A DNA stretch of 64,000 nucleotides from an uncultured Akkermansia sp. GTDB lineage: Bacteria; Verrucomicrobiota; Verrucomicrobiia; Verrucomicrobiales; Akkermansiaceae. The stretch covers positions 2,970-66,969 of the forward strand of contig CAYVAI010000018.1 in NCBI GenBank assembly GCA_964448375.1, read 5' to 3'. Below the pieces are notes generated by a model. The model did not search any database. It was not told where the DNA came from and saw only the letters and a list, made by a program, of their open reading frames with translations. Position 1 is the first letter of the stretch, and the number at the start of each line of letters is the position of its first letter. This document shows, piece after piece, positions 28,774-37,951 of the stretch. The position numbers were made by a program, and so were the translations under genes.

Positions 28774-31090
28774 AGCCTCTCTCCGGCTTCGATACCCGGT
28801 CACTAGCAAGCTCCTCATGGCAGTAGGAGGACTGGTGCTTGGGAGTGCCGTGTTCTGGTGGGGACTGCCGTGGCTCTTCCCTATCCCGGAGGCCCTTCGG
28901 GAGCCGCAGATGAAGGGGCTGGTTGTCCTCGACCGGAATGATGAATTGATCGCGCGCATCCCGGACAGAGAGCACAAACTCTCTCTCCCTGTGAGTATCG
29001 AGGCGATGCCGAGTGATCTCATCCAGGCCATTCTTGCTGCCGAGGACAAGCGCTTCTTCGAGCATGGAGCCGTTGACTTCATCGCCACCTGTCGCGCCCT
29101 TGGCTCCCAACTGAGCATCGGGGGAGGCATCCCCTCAGGGGCATCGACCATCAGTCAGCAACTCGTCAAAATGTCGCGCCCCAAATCGCGACGCACCATT
29201 CCCGTCAAGTTGAGGGAGATACTCACTGCCAGGCATCTGGAAATGAGCCGCGACAAGAAATGGATCATCAGGGAATACCTGAACCGTACAGACTTCGGCA
29301 GCATGGCCTTTGGCGTAGAGGCAGCCTCGATCAAGTATTTCGGGAAAAGCATCTCCCAGCTGTCGCTCGCACAGTGCGCCCTCCTGGCCGGGCTGCCGCA
29401 GGCACCGGGACGCTACAACCCCATTCTCCATCCTGCCGCGGCAAGGGCTCGCCGCAACTACGTCCTCACCCGCATGCAGACCGAAGGGATGATCACGGAG
29501 GAACGGGCAACCCGTGCCAAAAATGAAGAAGTGGGGCTCGTCCTCACCCCTGAGGGAAGCCCGGAAATACCGTCTTCGACAGCCCCACACTTCGTCTCAT
29601 GGCTGCTCCATTCCGGCAGGACAGGCACGATCAGAACCACTCTCGACGCCAGAATTCAACGCCGCGCACAGGTCATTGCCAAAGAAGAAATGGCTCGTCT
29701 CCACAAGCGGGAAGCCGGTCAGGCAGCCGTCCTCGTCGCCAACCAAAGCACCGGGGAAATCCTCGCATGGATCGGCTCCACCGACCGCCTGGACCCAAAA
29801 GGAGGGCTTCTGGACGGGGTACTCACTCCGCGTTCCCCCGGTTCCACACTCAAGCCTTTTGTGTACGGCATGGCCTTCGACTCAGGCGTGGCATGGCCGG
29901 GCCAAATCATCCCTGACGTCCCAACCGAATTCCGCGATGCCCGAGGGACGGGTGCCCCCAGGAACTACAATGATCAATACGCCGGGCCGGTCTCCATCCG
30001 GCATGCTCTGGCATGTTCCCTGAACATCCCCGCCATGCGCATGCTCAACATGGCGGGTGGAGCCGGGGAACTCGTCCAGCTTCTTCGCAAGACCGGCATC
30101 ACCTCGATCAACAAGCCAGTGAAGGAATACGGTCTGGGGCTCTCCATCGGCAATGCCGAAGTCTCCCTGCTGGAGCTGGTGCAGGCCTACGCCGCCATCG
30201 CTCGTGGGGGCACTGCCACCACGCTTCACTGGAACCGCGACGAGGCGCCGCCCGAAACCAGTGGGAGGAGAGTCTTCACGCCGGCTACCAGCATGGCACT
30301 GGCGGACATTCTCTCCGACCCCCAGGCACGGGTGGAGGCTTTCGGCATTGGCGGGCCACTTGCCCTGCCTTTCCGCACAGCGGTCAAGACCGGTACCTCG
30401 TCCGACTTCCGCGACAACTGGTGCATCGGGTTCACCGGGCAGGTCACTGTCGGTGTCTGGGTTGGCAACTTTGATTTTCGGCGGATGAAAGACGTCAGTG
30501 GCGTCAGCGGAGCCGGGCCCATCTTCCACAGGGTCATGGTCGATTGTGCCCATGGTGCTGATCCCGGTTTCCCCGATACGGAACAGGAGCTGGTTCGCGT
30601 CCGCATCGACAAACGCAACGGCTTGCTGTGGCCAGAAACACCCGAACTTTCCAGCGCCTGGGTACGAGAAGAAATGGCCTTCCCCGGCCGCCTCCCTAAG
30701 AAGGCAAGCTCCGCCAACTACGACGCCCAAGGCAGAGCCTTGCTCGGCAGTGAATACACCGACTGGTTCCTGCGCTTCCAAGAAGCCAATAAGGAGGGAC
30801 TTGTACTTGATCCCACCCTGTTGCCCACTCAGGAAAGCCCCAAAATCACCGTTCCCCCACCCGGTAGCACCCTTGTGCTTGACCCCGACCTGCCAGACGG
30901 AGGCCGCACCCTGCACCTGAAGAGCAATCTCCCTCACGAAGGTACCATCTGGGAATCCGACACGCTTCGCATCATCAATCAAGATGGCCGCTCGGTCGTG
31001 GAACTCACCCCCGGCAAGCACACCATCCGGGCCATTCACCAACCCTCCGGCACCACCTGCGAGACAGAAATCAACGTCAGACAGCTCTAA
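28718..31090 (+). CDS. pbpC: Penicillin-binding protein 1C (bifunctional transglycosylase/transpeptidase)
   Basis: GT51 motif AAEDKRFFEHGAVD. Transpeptidase motifs SPGSTLKP (SxxK), CSLN (SxN) and KTGTS (KTG). C-terminal PBP1C-type extension. Sits directly downstream of the A2M genes. The start is uncertain: ATG 28718 overlaps A2M-2 by 56 nt, and the alternative ATG 28817 starts inside the TM helix. Confidence 0.88.
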   Translation: MDCRSVNDSPSPTEKAASKASLRLRYPVTSKLLMAVGGLVLGSAVFWWGLPWLFPIPEALREPQMKGLVVLDRNDELIARIPDREHKLSLPVSIEAMPSDLIQAILAAEDKRFFEHGAVDFIATCRALGSQLSIGGGIPSGASTISQQLVKMSRPKSRRTIPVKLREILTARHLEMSRDKKWIIREYLNRTDFGSMAFGVEAASIKYFGKSISQLSLAQCALLAGLPQAPGRYNPILHPAAARARRNYVLTRMQTEGMITEERATRAKNEEVGLVLTPEGSPEIPSSTAPHFVSWLLHSGRTGTIRTTLDARIQRRAQVIAKEEMARLHKREAGQAAVLVANQSTGEILAWIGSTDRLDPKGGLLDGVLTPRSPGSTLKPFVYGMAFDSGVAWPGQIIPDVPTEFRDARGTGAPRNYNDQYAGPVSIRHALACSLNIPAMRMLNMAGGAGELVQLLRKTGITSINKPVKEYGLGLSIGNAEVSLLELVQAYAAIARGGTATTLHWNRDEAPPETSGRRVFTPATSMALADILSDPQARVEAFGIGGPLALPFRTAVKTGTSSDFRDNWCIGFTGQVTVGVWVGNFDFRRMKDVSGVSGAGPIFHRVMVDCAHGADPGFPDTEQELVRVRIDKRNGLLWPETPELSSAWVREEMAFPGRLPKKASSANYDAQGRALLGSEYTDWFLRFQEANKEGLVLDPTLLPTQESPKITVPPPGSTLVLDPDLPDGGRTLHLKSNLPHEGTIWESDTLRIINQDGRSVVELTPGKHTIRAIHQPSGTTCETEINVRQL

Positions 31091-31217
31091 TTATCCAAGT
31101 GTGAATAAGAACTGGAAAGGCCATACCTTTTTTCTCTTTTTGATTGCAAGCGTATGATCGTTAATTATATTAGCAATACGTATCATATAATAATATTTCA
31201 CATCCAACTACTTTTCT

Positions 31218-31919
31218 ATGAAAAATATCATTTCATTTGCATTATTTATATTTTTATCTTTCTTTGCTTATTCGAATGAAGCGATCCAATTCCTGGCTCC
31301 CATACAACACATAAAAGTATCCTCGTATGCCAATCTTGATATATGCAATGATACTATTGATGCAGAAGATATTACTTCCTGGCTCCAAGAAAAAGATAAT
31401 GGTTGGTATACAACAACCGGCAATGGCGATACTCGATGGGATAATGCGACGGTCGATGCACAAAGGAGGATACTACGCCTCCCCAATATGAAGGGAACGG
31501 ATGGAGTTTGCGCTGCACAAAAAATAGTAATTTCCGATCTGGAAAAATATCAAGATGCTACTTTCAGCTTTTCTCTTCTTCCCGCAGGACCGGAAACTCT
31601 CTATACATGGTCACTTTTCTATGAAAACAAAGAAGGAAAATCCATTCTTTTAAACAAAGAATCAAAAATAAATATTTCTGAAAAGTGGAACGTATCATGG
31701 AACATGGGGAAAGATCGTTATAGAGAATTGATCAAAAATGGAAATGGCACAATTTACATGGTCTTCGGATCCGTAGATGGGCCTGATAAGAAAGATGCCT
31801 ACATCAGCAATATTTCTCTTCGCGGCATCAAACAAAAATCCCTGATTGTATGGGTACTGGGAGGCATATCTGGGGGATTGATTCTCCTCTTAATCATTCG
31901 GATAATGAAACGAAAATAA
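31218..31919 (+). CDS. Hypothetical type-I membrane-anchored protein (AT-rich orphan)
   Basis: 233 aa. Signal peptide MKNIISFALFIFLSFFAYSNEA. C-terminal TM plus basic tail LIVWVLGGISGGLILLLIIRIMKRK. The gene and its flanks are markedly AT-rich. No family recognised. Confidence 0.6.
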   Translation: MKNIISFALFIFLSFFAYSNEAIQFLAPIQHIKVSSYANLDICNDTIDAEDITSWLQEKDNGWYTTTGNGDTRWDNATVDAQRRILRLPNMKGTDGVCAAQKIVISDLEKYQDATFSFSLLPAGPETLYTWSLFYENKEGKSILLNKESKINISEKWNVSWNMGKDRYRELIKNGNGTIYMVFGSVDGPDKKDAYISNISLRGIKQKSLIVWVLGGISGGLILLLIIRIMKRK

Positions 31920-31982
31920 GCACAAATCTCAGACTAACTATGGAATCATGAAAGATACCCGTCTCATGGACAGTAGTTTTTC

Positions 31983-33449
31983 ATGATGAACTTTCGCTTT
32001 TCTCTTTTCTCCTGCATGGCGGGGGCAGGTCTTGCCTTGTCAGCCATTGCTGCCGTCCCTCCCGACGTGGGAGGGACGCATCCGAACATCCTGTTTATTT
32101 TCGCTGATGACCTCGCCTATGATGCACTGGGTTCCACGGGCGATGGAAGTGTTCAGACCCCCCATCTGGACAAATTGCGCGATCAGGGCTGTTGCTTCGA
32201 GCAGGCCTTTAACCCCGGCTCCTGGACACCTGCCATCTGCCAGGCCAGCCGCACCATGCTCAACACGGGTAAAACCGTTTGGAAGGCTGCCAAATACGAC
32301 CGATCAAAAGATAAAACGCCCCTTTGGCCGGAACTGATGCACCAGGGCGGATACGAGACCTATTTCACCGGCAAGTGGCACGTCAAAAGCATTGGTTCTC
32401 AGCAAGTATTCGACCACGTCGGCACCGAGCGCGGCGGCATGCCGGAACAAACCCAGCTCTGCTACGACCGCAAGTTCATCCCCGGTAAACCCGACGCCTG
32501 GCGCCCTGATGATCAAAGCCAGGGCGGCTATTGGAAAGGAGGCAGGCATTGGAGCGAAGTTGTCGCCGATGAGACATGCGGCTTCCTGAAACAGGCAGGA
32601 GAATCCGCCAAGCCCTTCTTCATGTACGTGGCCTTCAATGCCCCGCACGACCCCCACCAATCCTACGCCAAATACCTGAACAGGTACCCGGTGGACAAAA
32701 TCAAACTGCCCGATTCCTTCATGCCGGAGTACCCCTACTGCCGCGACATCGGAGCCGGCCCCAAGTTGCGCGACGAGTGGCTAGCCCCCTTCCCCCGGAC
32801 ACCACTTTCCATCAAGACCAACCGCCGGGAATACTACTCCATGATCACCCACATGGACGACCAGATCGGGCGCATCCTGAATACCCTCTCCAAAGAGGTC
32901 AAAACGCCAACCTACGTCATCTTCACTGCCGACCAGGGAGTCGCCATGGGGGATCACGGGATGATCGGCAAGCAAAACATGTACGAGCCAGCCATACGCG
33001 TGCCCTTCTTCATCGTCGGTCCCGGTATCGAGCGCAAATCCACCGTTCGGGAGCCCATCTATATCCAGAGCATCATGCCCACAACGCTAGAACTGGCTGG
33101 CATCCCCAAACAGGAACACATCGCCTACCCCAGCCTCGCCCCTAGTCTCCATGGAGAACGCGTTAGTGAGCAGGATATCTACGGTTCCTACATGGGAACC
33201 CAGCGCATGATACGAACGCCGGAATGGAAAATGCTCATCTACCCGAAAATCAAGCGCGTGCGCCTATTCAACCGCAAAAACGACCCTTCGGAAATGAAGG
33301 ATCTCGCGGAAGACCACGCCTCCATTCCTGTCATGAAGGAGCTCTTCGCCAAACTCAAAAAATTGCAAAAGACGCAGAACGACACCCTGCAACTCGATCC
33401 CCTTTTCAAGGAATTCCTCGAATCCATCCCAGCCAACACGCCATCCTGA
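31983..33449 (+). CDS. Sulfatase (formylglycine-dependent, Cys-type)
   Basis: Signal peptide. NILFIFADDLAYDALG metal-site block. Formylglycine motif C-Q-A-S-R-TMLNTG (CxAxR variant). The FNAPHDP and GDHG blocks are typical of the arylsulfatase family. Confidence 0.85.
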   Translation: MMNFRFSLFSCMAGAGLALSAIAAVPPDVGGTHPNILFIFADDLAYDALGSTGDGSVQTPHLDKLRDQGCCFEQAFNPGSWTPAICQASRTMLNTGKTVWKAAKYDRSKDKTPLWPELMHQGGYETYFTGKWHVKSIGSQQVFDHVGTERGGMPEQTQLCYDRKFIPGKPDAWRPDDQSQGGYWKGGRHWSEVVADETCGFLKQAGESAKPFFMYVAFNAPHDPHQSYAKYLNRYPVDKIKLPDSFMPEYPYCRDIGAGPKLRDEWLAPFPRTPLSIKTNRREYYSMITHMDDQIGRILNTLSKEVKTPTYVIFTADQGVAMGDHGMIGKQNMYEPAIRVPFFIVGPGIERKSTVREPIYIQSIMPTTLELAGIPKQEHIAYPSLAPSLHGERVSEQDIYGSYMGTQRMIRTPEWKMLIYPKIKRVRLFNRKNDPSEMKDLAEDHASIPVMKELFAKLKKLQKTQNDTLQLDPLFKEFLESIPANTPS

Positions 33450-33478
33450 ATCTACATACACTCTCTTTATCTCCTGCT

Positions 33479-34702
33479 ATGAAAATCCTTCCTCGTCTCA
33501 TCCTCGCCACAGTTACCCTCATGGGCATGGGGGCACTCCACGCTGCCGAATCCCACTCCAACGGCACGCAGGAACGCACCTACTGGGTGCAGAGCCTGAC
33601 AAAAATCTCGGACCCCGTCCTGAAGAATCTGGCCAATAACACGCTTCGCAAGAACATGCCCGTCGTGGCTCGCAACAAAGCCAGATCGCCCTTCGCCCAT
33701 CTGGAATCCTTCGGGCGCCTCATCTGCGGCATCGCCCCCTGGCTGGAACTCGGACCCGACAACACCCCCGAAGGTAAGCTTCGCAAGAAGTACATCGACC
33801 TGACGGTCAAGGCCATCACGAACGCGGTCGATCCAGAATCGCCGGATTACATGGTTTTTGACAAGCCTTCCCAGCCGCTGGTGGACACTGCCTTCCTCAT
33901 CCAGGGCATCCTCCGTGCCCCGAAGCAACTCCTCGGCAATCTCGACGACAAAACGCGCAGCAACCTCATCGAAGCCATGAAAAAGACGCGTAAGATCACA
34001 CCGGGGCAAAGCAACTGGCTCCTCTTCGCCTCCATGGTCGAAGCCGGGCTTCAGGAACTCACTGGAGAATGTGACTCCAAACGCCTCATGGATGGCATCG
34101 TCAAATTCCGCGACAAGTGGTACTACGGTGACAGCATCTATGGCGACGGAGTCAAAGTCCACAACGACTACTACAACAGCTTCGTCATCCACCCAATGCT
34201 CACTGACATCCTTCGCGTCATGGAAAAGCACAAAATGGAGGGCGCCGACTTCCTCAACACCCAATACAAGCGCCTCTCCCGCTATGCCGCCATCCAGGAA
34301 CGACAGATCTCGCCAGAGGGCACCTACCCCGTCGTCGGACGCTCCATCACCTACCGTTTCGGAGCATTCCAGGCCCTCGCCCAAGCGGCTCTGCTAAACA
34401 AACTGCCCTCGAACGTCACCCCTCAACAGGTGCGTTGCGCCCTGACCTCCGTTATGAAACGCCAGATGGAAGCCCCCAACACCTTCGACAAAGACGGCTG
34501 GCTCAACATCGGCTTCTGCGGCAGCCAGATCAATATGTCGGAATATTACATCAACACTGGCAGCCAGTACCTGTGCGCCGCCGTCCTCCTGCCCCTCGGC
34601 CTTGCCCCCGATGCTCCCTTCTGGAAGGAACCCTGCAAGGACTGGACCAACAGGCAGGCATGGAGTGGCGTTGATGTCGGCGCCGACCATGCCGACAACT
34701 GA
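33479..34702 (+). CDS. Secreted hypothetical protein, possibly DUF2264-like
   Basis: ATG 33479 gives the signal peptide MKILPRLILATVTLMGMGALHAAES, 30 nt after the sulfatase stop. Blocks such as YPVVGRSITYRFGAFQAL recall DUF2264, but this is memory only. The ORF is open upstream to 33224, where it overlaps the sulfatase. Confidence 0.6.
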   Translation: MKILPRLILATVTLMGMGALHAAESHSNGTQERTYWVQSLTKISDPVLKNLANNTLRKNMPVVARNKARSPFAHLESFGRLICGIAPWLELGPDNTPEGKLRKKYIDLTVKAITNAVDPESPDYMVFDKPSQPLVDTAFLIQGILRAPKQLLGNLDDKTRSNLIEAMKKTRKITPGQSNWLLFASMVEAGLQELTGECDSKRLMDGIVKFRDKWYYGDSIYGDGVKVHNDYYNSFVIHPMLTDILRVMEKHKMEGADFLNTQYKRLSRYAAIQERQISPEGTYPVVGRSITYRFGAFQALAQAALLNKLPSNVTPQQVRCALTSVMKRQMEAPNTFDKDGWLNIGFCGSQINMSEYYINTGSQYLCAAVLLPLGLAPDAPFWKEPCKDWTNRQAWSGVDVGADHADN

Positions 34703-34792
34703 TCCTGTCACACCCCCCTCAAACACAGAATCCCCGTGCAACACGAACAGGCCGCACGGGGATTTTTGTTGATATCAAACAACGGGAAGGGC

Positions 34793-35788
34793 TTACTTGC
34801 TCAGATCGAGGATGATCTTTCCATTGCGGAACTCCTCCTGAGCCTTCGCGGCAGCTTCGCGGATATCATCGAGCGCGTACACCGTATCCACCGCCTGGCT
34901 CAGTTCACCGGAAGCCATCCAGCCAGCCAGGCGAGCGTAGGCGGCTTCGATCTCCTCGCGGGGAGAAGCCTTCAGCCACTGGGTCACCCAAAGCCCCTTG
35001 AGGCAGATACCCTTGAAAATCAGGAATCCGTTCGGCACCTTGATGCTCTTCTTGCTCATCGCTCCAAAGGTGGCCATCGTGCCGCCGGGAGCCAGCATAT
35101 CCATCAAGCGCAGGGCACTTTCTCCACCCACGGCATTGGATGCCAGCAAGGGGCGCACACCGCCCGTCAATTCCAGAGTCTTCTTCACGACATCCTGCTC
35201 GTCCTCACCGACGACAAGGTCGGCGCCAAGAGCCGTCAGTTCGTCGCGAAGCTCATCCGGACGACGGACAAAGTTGATCGTCTTAACGCCCATCTTCTTC
35301 GCGATCTGAATCAGGCAACGACCCACGCCGGAGTTGGAGGCATTCTGCACAACCCAGTCGCCGGGTTGGAGGTTCACAAAGCCTTCCAACATGCGCAGAG
35401 CCGTCAGAGGGTTCACTTTAAGCATAGCGGCCTGGAAAGGATCCACCTCTTCGGACACCTTGAGGAAGGAATCCGCCGGGGCCGTCAAATAACGGCTCCA
35501 GGAACCAATCCCGCGCAACATGATCACGCGATCGCCTGCCACCAGCCCAGGCGAGGCCGATTCCTCAACAATTCCATAGCCTTCCAGGCCGGCACGGGAA
35601 TCCGGGAACACGGGTTTCAATCCGTACACACCCTGCACGAAGTTGATGTCGGCCGGGTTGATCGGAGCCGCCAGTATGCGCACCGTGGCTTCACCTTCCT
35701 TCGGGGATTCCACCGGACTACTTGCCACCTGAAGCTTATCCTGCGGCTGACCGCATTCGGAAAAAATCGCGTACTTGTTTTCTTGCAT
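34793..35788 (-). CDS. MDR-superfamily NAD(P)H oxidoreductase (2-enoyl thioester reductase/quinone reductase-like)
   Basis: ILAAPINPADINFVQGVYG (Etr1/MECR-like block). Nucleotide-binding NASNSGVGRCLIQIAKKMG. ~330 aa from MQENKY (ATG 35788); the ORF is open to 35824. Confidence 0.75.
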   Translation of the reverse strand: MQENKYAIFSECGQPQDKLQVASSPVESPKEGEATVRILAAPINPADINFVQGVYGLKPVFPDSRAGLEGYGIVEESASPGLVAGDRVIMLRGIGSWSRYLTAPADSFLKVSEEVDPFQAAMLKVNPLTALRMLEGFVNLQPGDWVVQNASNSGVGRCLIQIAKKMGVKTINFVRRPDELRDELTALGADLVVGEDEQDVVKKTLELTGGVRPLLASNAVGGESALRLMDMLAPGGTMATFGAMSKKSIKVPNGFLIFKGICLKGLWVTQWLKASPREEIEAAYARLAGWMASGELSQAVDTVYALDDIREAAAKAQEEFRNGKIILDLSK

Positions 35789-35922
35789 AATCCTATTTGA
35801 CTTCGAGTACGCCCATGGGGTCAAGCATCACCTGCGTTCTGGCATCAAAATCACCTTTTCAAAGGCAGAGGGACACCGGAGGAGCGATTGACATCAGTCA
35901 CCACCGTGCCACAATCCCTTCC

Positions 35923-36309
35923 ATGAACATTCTTGGGTATGACCACATCGTCCTGACCGTTGCAGACTTCGACGGCAGCGTTCAATTCTACACCCGAGTG
36001 CTTGGCATGAAGCACGAAGGGCGTTCTCTCTTCTTCCGCAACAGCAAGATCAACCTCCACCGCTTCGCCGGGGAATTCTCCCCCGCAGCGCGCCACCCCC
36101 TCGCCGGAAGTGCGGACATCTGCCTCATCGTCGAGGGGGACATCGTAGATGCCATGCACCACATCGAACGTGCCGGAGGAGCCATCGAACTCGGCCCAGT
36201 CATGCGTACTGGTGCACGCGGCCCCATGCAATCCATCTATCTGAGAGACCCCGACGGCAACCTGGTCGAAATCGCTTCGTACCTCCAAACCCCGTCTGCG
36301 GGAGAATAG
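35923..36309 (+). CDS. VOC (glyoxalase/bleomycin-resistance/dioxygenase) family protein
   Basis: MNILGYDHIVLTVADFDGSVQFYTRVLGM... and ...SIYLRDPDGNLVEIASY are classic VOC beta-alpha-beta-beta-beta module ends. The ATG at 35923 is preferred over the upstream open frame. Confidence 0.8.
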   Translation: MNILGYDHIVLTVADFDGSVQFYTRVLGMKHEGRSLFFRNSKINLHRFAGEFSPAARHPLAGSADICLIVEGDIVDAMHHIERAGGAIELGPVMRTGARGPMQSIYLRDPDGNLVEIASYLQTPSAGE

Positions 36310-36417
36310 CCCGGAACGCGGTTTATAAAAAAAATCGTAAAATTTTATCAGTTATCCTTGACCTCGTTCGAATATAGGCTATTTTCTTGCTCCCGTAACC
36401 ATTAACATTTGATTGCC

Positions 36418-36681
36418 ATGTCCCGTATCTGCATCATCCGAGGCTCTGTCCCGCACACCGGCCGTCGCATTCACCGCTCCGGTCTCGCCAAGAAAAAGGG
36501 CGGTATCGGTCGCCACGTGACCAAGACTGTCAATCGCACCGTTTATCCTAATCTTCAAGAAAAGCGCATTTGGGTTCCTGAACTGGGTCAGTTCATTCGC
36601 ATGAAAATTTCTGTGAAAGCCCTGCGTACGATCAACAAGAACGGTGCGTATAACACACTGAAAAAAGCAGGCCTCCTGTAA
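36418..36681 (+). CDS. rpmB: 50S ribosomal protein L28
   Basis: MSRICIIRGSVPHTGRRIHRSG...NLQEKRIWVPELGQFIRMKISVKALRTINKNG matches the L28 pattern (MSR.C...GK....G...SH......R...PNL......W.......v.l.vS.kalR.i.K.G). Confidence 0.85.
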   Translation: MSRICIIRGSVPHTGRRIHRSGLAKKKGGIGRHVTKTVNRTVYPNLQEKRIWVPELGQFIRMKISVKALRTINKNGAYNTLKKAGLL

Positions 36682-36872
36682 TAAAACATTCTGTCTTCGA
36701 ACGTTTTTAAAACGCTGAGTGCCTGCGGGGGTCTAACCTACGCAGGTGCTTGTCGTTCTAAAAGTCATTCTAACGGGACGGTCTGTTGAGAGAGGCACCT
36801 TGAGGAAAAATTGAAAGATTATCGAATCCTTTAACGTATTAACCCATAGGTTCCGTGCCATAAATCAAAGAG

Positions 36873-37097
36873 ATGAAAGCTCAAACCAAGATTGCCCTTC
36901 GAATCAATGACGATAACCCCAACCACCACCTTTGGAACAATCGTGGTGTCTGGTGGTGCCATGTCACAGTCCACAAGCCGGACTCCACGGCAGAACGTCT
37001 GAGATTTTCCCTGAAAACCCGCGATATCGATAAAGCGCGCGAACGTAGAGACAAGATCTTTGCTTCCATCCAGCGCCACTTCGGCATTGCTGCCTAA
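36873..37097 (+). CDS. Small (74 aa) standalone integrase Arm/N-terminal-like DNA-binding protein, copy 1
   Basis: MKAQTKIALRINDDNPNHHLWNNRGVWWCHVTVHKPDSTAERLRFSLKTRDIDKARERRDKIFASIQRHFGIAA. The ...RFSLKTRDIDKARERRDKI segment resembles the beta-sheet plus helix of P4-type integrase arm-binding domains (..SLG.yp..sLaeARerRdea). Coding status is supported by the synonymous-substitution pattern versus copy 2. Confidence 0.7.
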   Translation: MKAQTKIALRINDDNPNHHLWNNRGVWWCHVTVHKPDSTAERLRFSLKTRDIDKARERRDKIFASIQRHFGIAA

Positions 37098-37172
37098 ACA
37101 AAGGCACAAGGCGAAAGCCAAGGGGACATCAGGCTCAATCGCAGCCGTTGTCACATCAACCAACCCTTTACA

Positions 37173-37215
37173 AAAACTGCTCTATCCGAATAGGTAGGGC
37201 AGTTTTTCCTTTTTC
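37173..37215 (+). terminator. Rho-independent terminator after Arm-like copy 1
   Basis: Stem aaaactgc (37173-37180) / gcagtttt (37199-37206), followed by the T-rich tract tttttcctttttcc. Confidence 0.65.
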
Positions 37216-37677
37216 CCCGAAGCATCGACCTTGTCAAGTTCTGGAGCAGAACAATTCCGCCACAGGCAGATGTATCAAAATAAACAGTCACCCAAGGAAG
37301 CAACTGACCTACCAGTCCCAGGCCTTCCTATGGAATATCACGTATAGAACTCGTAGTGGCACTCTTACAGCATGGAACAGCCCCTCATCATCAAAAGCAA
37401 GGATGGCAAAGCCGTACTCCTTAAAGGAGCACCGTTATCTTCTGCTCTGGCAAGAGATGAAAAGTTAAAAGAAGTCCTTGATCTGTTACCAGGGCTCTTG
37501 GGTGATGGGGGACGATCGGAAAAATAAGGGCTTCCGAAAATTTTTTGAACAAAAGTGCAGAAAAAGTTGTATCACTATATGCAAGGCAGTCACAAGATAC
37601 GATCAAAATCTCCTCTCGGGCAGGAAAAAATGCTTTGCTCCAAGTCCGAACGAACCATTTCATAGAACGCAATCATT

Positions 37678-37902
37678 ATGAAAACTCAAACCAAAATCGC
37701 TCTGCGAATCAACGACGACAATCCCAATCATCACCTCTGGAATAACCGCGGTGTGTGGTGGTGCCATGTCACCGTACACAAGCCGGACGCCACGGCAGAA
37801 CGCTTGAGATTCTCCCTGAAGACCCGAGACGTGGAAAAGGCACGCTCCCGCAGGGATAAAATCTTTGCTTCCATCCAGGATCACTTCGGCATTGCCTCCT
37901 GA
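37678..37902 (+). CDS. Small (74 aa) standalone integrase Arm/N-terminal-like DNA-binding protein, copy 2
   Basis: 67/74 aa identical to copy 1. 29 codons differ only synonymously, against 7 replacement codons (my codon-by-codon alignment). Confidence 0.7.
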   Translation: MKTQTKIALRINDDNPNHHLWNNRGVWWCHVTVHKPDATAERLRFSLKTRDVEKARSRRDKIFASIQDHFGIAS

Positions 37903-37951
37903 TCCTTGATTGATCGCACAGGAACCCTCTTGTGAGAGGATACCCACTTCC

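Noticed and set aside
34736-35800. 354-aa plus-strand ORF opposite the MDR oxidoreductase.
   Set aside because: The minus strand encodes clear MDR motifs (NPADINFVQGVYG and a nucleotide-binding glycine motif). The plus-frame product has none.
36310-36417. Putative sigma-70-type promoter (ttgacc ... tatagg) upstream of rpmB.
   Set aside because: The spacing between the hexamers is only ~9 nt. Promoter consensus for this phylum is uncertain, so it is not reported as a feature.
37148-37672. Weak ORFs between the two Arm-like genes: 37148-37468 on the plus strand, 37421-37672 on the minus strand, and an unlisted 51-aa ORF at 37372-37527 on the plus strand (MEQPLIIKSKDGKAVLLKGAPLSS...).
   Set aside because: There are no ribosome-binding context, no motifs and mutually overlapping frames. 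The first ORF begins inside the terminator region of copy 1. The 51-aa ORF is plausible-looking but unsupported.
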